Positions 1-1,277 of a stretch of DNA of 1,277 nucleotides are shown in pieces. The notes under the pieces were generated by a model. It saw nothing but the letters and a program-made list of their open reading frames with translations, was not told where the DNA came from and ran no database searches. This stretch comes from Naegleria gruberi (taxonomy: Eukaryota): the NCBI GenBank assembly GCA_000004985.1, contig GG739459.1, one strand, 5' to 3'. Both the position numbers and the translations under genes were made by a program. How positions within the stretch are numbered: the first letter of the stretch is position 1; each line of letters starts with the position of its first letter.

Positions 1-24
1 GGCCATAGTTTATCATCACATAAA

Positions 25-74
25 AGTTTTAAAAGATATGGTCGGGGAGAAAGTCCGAAATTGGGTGGTCGGGA
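25..74. repeat. Left-end repeat block: agttttaaaagatATGGTCGGGGag, then AAGTCCGAaattgggTGGTCGGGa. Its 8-10-mer cores recur in inverted orientation at 1139-1176.
   Basis: ATGGTCGGGG at 38-47 is the exact reverse complement of CCCCGACCAT at 1148-1157, and the flanks are partly similar (ttttaaaagat vs tttgaaaaac). AAGTCCGA (50-57) and TGGTCGGG (66-73) both reappear on the minus strand at 1166-1176 and 1147-1157, with a different spacer (7 vs 13 nt). Confidence 0.35.
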
Positions 75-180
75 AATTTTGGAAAAAAATTTTCCAACTT
101 TTTCAAAGTATGGTGGATAATAACTAGCCTTAATAATGTAGCGGTTGTAATAAACATTTAAATTTTATTTTACAAAATTT

Positions 181-214
181 CCCGAAACACCCCTACGAAA
201 CCCGTCGGACGAAA
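181..214 (+). repeat. Three tandem, degenerate units of the form CCC-(N0-7)-CGAAA: cccgaaa / cccctacgaaa / cccgtcggacgaaa.
   Basis: Read directly from the sequence. The third unit embeds the GTCGGAC motif. Confidence 0.4.
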
Positions 215-359
215 TAATCGGTCTGTGAAAACTATTTTAAATTTTTCTCAAACCCCGTATTTCCCAAAAATGCCCTTACTTCCTACTTGCTCCGTTTGGA
301 CTACCTCCCGAACGTTTGGCATCAAACAATGTTTATTATAGTGGATTATTTTGTCCGAC
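204..359. repeat. Inverted repeat pair: GTCGGACGAAATAATC (204-219, +) and its near-exact reverse complement GATTATTTTGTCCGAC (344-359; rc = GTCGGACAAAATAATC). 15/16 identical, flanking a 124-bp AT-rich spacer.
   Basis: Read directly from the sequence. The repeat does not extend into either flank. A 16-mer with one mismatch in a 1.3-kb window is unlikely by chance (rough expectation about 0.02 before composition correction). Confidence 0.6.
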
Positions 360-415
360 AATTTGCAGTGCACCTTCGAGTTATTTAAATAATGATTTTT
401 TTATATGACACAACA

Positions 416-422
416 CCCCCCC
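416..422 (+). repeat. C7 tract. Sibling C tracts are C7 at 843-849, C7 at 1007-1013, C7 at 1119-1125 and C6 at 1145-1150. All lie on the + strand, with no reciprocal G tract of 5 or more on that strand.
   Basis: Counted from the numbered sequence. All 5 tracts share the same orientation. Confidence 0.75.
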
Positions 423-474
423 TCGTGACTTTAAGTTACCCTTGTTTTTCAAAAAAGGTCCAAAAAGTAAAAAA

Positions 475-495
475 TTTTTTTTCGATTTTTTTTTT
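475..495 (+). repeat. T8-cga-T10-cg low-complexity block (aaaaaattttttttcgattttttttttcgctgg); two T homopolymers in tandem, each followed by cg.
   Basis: T run at 475-482 (8) and T run at 486-495 (10), counted from the numbered sequence. Confidence 0.7.
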
Positions 496-689
496 CGCTG
501 GTAAAATCGAGAATGGACCCCGAGCGAAAACAACATAATATCTACATTACTTCGGTGTGACTTATACTGGATATTAAAGAATCTCAAACCAAGAGTTCCT
601 AAAAAACCCTACATTGTCTATTTGATTAAGCGATGGTGTAAAACATACCTTACTAGAAATTATATAGTAAACGGTAACATCGGTTGCAC

Positions 690-700
690 AAAAAAAAAAA
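690..700 (+). repeat. A11 homopolymer (the longest in the window). Other A/T runs: A7 at 83-89, A9 at 803-811, A8 at 1226-1233.
   Basis: Counted from the numbered sequence. Confidence 0.8.
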
Positions 701-980
701 TATCGGATTGTCGCACTAGTCGGGCATCGAATTAGCCAAAAGCGATTATGAGACATATAACATATGAATCCATTGTATCATAGATACGTCCATATTCGAC
801 CGAAAAAAAAATTTCTGAGCTGGCTCCACGGTAGACCTTTCTCCCCCCCTTTTGAAAAGGTTGGATATCGCATCGAATAACATATACAGCTATGTACCAT
901 ATATTAACTTAAAAGCTAACGGTGGGTCCGAAAGGTGTGCACGTAATTTTCTGAGAAACGTCAAAAAAACCTATGCTGTA

Positions 981-1037
981 GGGGAGGTCTATGGTCATAT
1001 CCAGGACCCCCCCAGGTAGGGCCCTGGGAGACCCTCC
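981..1037. other. GC-rich palindromic island (about 55-60% GC over 57 bp in a roughly 35% GC background): ggggaggtct...ccagg-acccccccaggtagggc-cctgg...agaccctcc. It can form a nested stem-loop and contains a G-quadruplex-type motif on the minus strand.
   Basis: Outer stem: 986-990 pairs with 1029-1033 and 983-985 pairs with 1035-1037, with c1034 bulged (8 bp). Inner stem: ccagg 1001-1005 pairs with cctgg 1023-1027. A GGGCCC palindrome lies at 1019-1024. The minus strand reads GGAGGG-tctccca-GGG-ccctacct-GGGGGGG, giving G3 tracts with loops of 7, 8 and 1. Confidence 0.45.
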
Positions 1038-1074
1038 AAAATCGACTTTCAGCAGAAAATCACAATCGACCTTT
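1038..1074 (+). repeat. Short direct repeat aaaATCGACttt (1038-1049) and acaATCGACcttt (1062-1074), separated by tcagcagaaaatc.
   Basis: Read directly from the sequence. Related aaaatcga strings occur at 503-511, and the reverse complement at 479-488. Confidence 0.35.
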
Positions 1075-1138
1075 TTAAATATCAGTCTACAAGCGGATTG
1101 AATTGTGGTTAGTCGTTACCCCCCCTAAACAAAAACGG

Positions 1139-1176
1139 TATCCACCCCCCGACCATGTTTTTCAAAAGTCGGACTT
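1139..1176. repeat. Right-end partner of the left-end block: ggtatccaCCCCCCGACCATgtttttcaaaagTCGGACTT (rc = AAGTCCGActtttgaaaaacATGGTCGGGGGGtggatacc).
   Basis: The reverse complement matches the left end piecewise: ATGGTCGGGG (38-47), AAGTCCGA (50-57) and also GGTGGATA (112-119, from tatggtggataa). The pairing is imperfect and piecewise; the longest perfect inverted-repeat core is 10 bp. Confidence 0.35.
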
Positions 1177-1190
1177 CAGAAATAATGGAG
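1168..1190 (+). repeat. Third, diverged copy of the same motif: GTCGGAC-ttca-GAAATAAT-ggag (direct orientation with a 4-nt insertion). A weaker fourth GTCGGAC occurrence at 1200-1206 is followed by ctcatttttatgataat.
   Basis: The GTCGGAC 7-mer occurs 4 times counting both strands (204, 353 rc, 1168, 1200), against about 0.16 expected for a fixed 7-mer. Three of the four are followed by [N0-4]RAAATAAT. Confidence 0.45.
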
Positions 1191-1277
1191 TGATATACTG
1201 TCGGACCTCATTTTTATGATAATAGAAAAAAAATATTTTCTATTGTTCGGGCCCTTTGAAAAATCCCGAAAAAAAGA

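Noticed and set aside
75-96. gggaaattttggaaaaaaattttcc as a palindromic operator or promoter element
   Set aside because: It is a pair of tandem ggaaa(n)tttt units, not a true dyad, because its reverse complement does not superimpose. With no downstream ORF, a regulatory call is unsupported.
381-587. 68-aa minus-strand ORF (MRFFNIQYKSHRSNVDIMLFSLGVHSRFYQRKKKSKKNFLLFGPFLKNKGNLKSRGGVLCHIKKSLFK)
   Set aside because: The lysine-rich stretch (KKKSKKNFLLFGPFLKNKGNLK) is the reverse-strand reading of the A/T run-rich segment around 440-500, which includes the T8/T10 homopolymers. It has no recognisable motif and no upstream RBS-like context. Short ORFs of this length are expected by chance.
574-756. 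60-aa minus-strand ORF overlapping the previous ORF by 14 nt in another frame; considered as a possible frameshifted pseudogene (about 125 aa combined)
   Set aside because: Neither part resembles any protein family I recognise. The overlap is out of frame, with no homopolymer at the junction that would suggest a sequencing frameshift. Composition is typical of random AT-rich translation (F/Y/I/N-rich).
724-878. gcatcgaat 9-mer direct repeat, considered as an isolated protein-binding site pair
   Set aside because: Two exact 9-mer matches are roughly expected by chance in a window this size (about 3 expected). Retained only as part of the speculative split-duplication finding.
1019-1254. GGGCCC (ApaI-type) palindromes at 1019-1024 and 1249-1254, and CCWGG sites in the GC island
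   Set aside because: Six-bp palindromes and 5-bp sites are expected by chance. There is no basis for inferring restriction-modification relevance without an adjacent methyltransferase or endonuclease gene.
1-1277. tRNA or other small structured RNA genes
   Set aside because: No GTTCRANYC T-loop-like box with an appropriately spaced acceptor stem or anticodon arm was found. The ttcga occurrences (377-381, 796-800) lack surrounding cloverleaf complementarity.
1-1277. CRISPR array
   Set aside because: No direct repeat of 20 bp or more recurs at regular spacing of about 60-75 bp. The repeats present are short (7-16 bp), irregularly spaced and in mixed orientation.

Overview
This window most likely contains no gene. 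No protein-coding gene can be supported in the 1277 bp: the six-frame track shows only two short minus-strand ORFs (68 and 60 aa) that overlap in different frames. Their lysine- and phenylalanine-rich low-complexity translations are explained by the A/T homopolymer runs they read through. I found no tRNA, rRNA, CRISPR-like spacing or convincing prokaryotic promoter/RBS architecture.

By eye the sequence is moderately AT-rich, about 35-40% GC overall, with a GC-rich island near 981-1037. Long homopolymers punctuate it: A7-A11 and T8-T10 runs, and four C7 runs plus one C6 run, all on the + strand.

It also carries many short dispersed motifs. One is a GTCGGAC-[G/A]AAATAAT family present in both orientations. 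Others are ttttcaaaa/tttgaaaa palindromic half-sites, aaaatcgac...tttcag-like strings and cccgaaa-type units.

The overall texture looks more like eukaryotic (for example nematode-like) intergenic or intronic DNA, or other decayed non-coding DNA, than a gene-dense prokaryotic locus. That attribution is pattern-based inference only.

The points worth a second look are structural: (i) a 16-bp inverted repeat (15/16 identical) flanking about 124 bp, with diverged extra copies elsewhere; (ii) a GC-rich palindromic island that can form a bulged stem-loop on the + strand and a canonical G-quadruplex motif on the - strand; (iii) strand-asymmetric C7 tracts; (iv) a weak inverted relationship between the two ends of the window (about 25-74 vs about 1139-1176) that could mark a non-autonomous element of roughly 1.1 kb, although the perfect core is only 10 bp, which is about what chance would give.

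I see no evidence for a novel protein-based system in this window.
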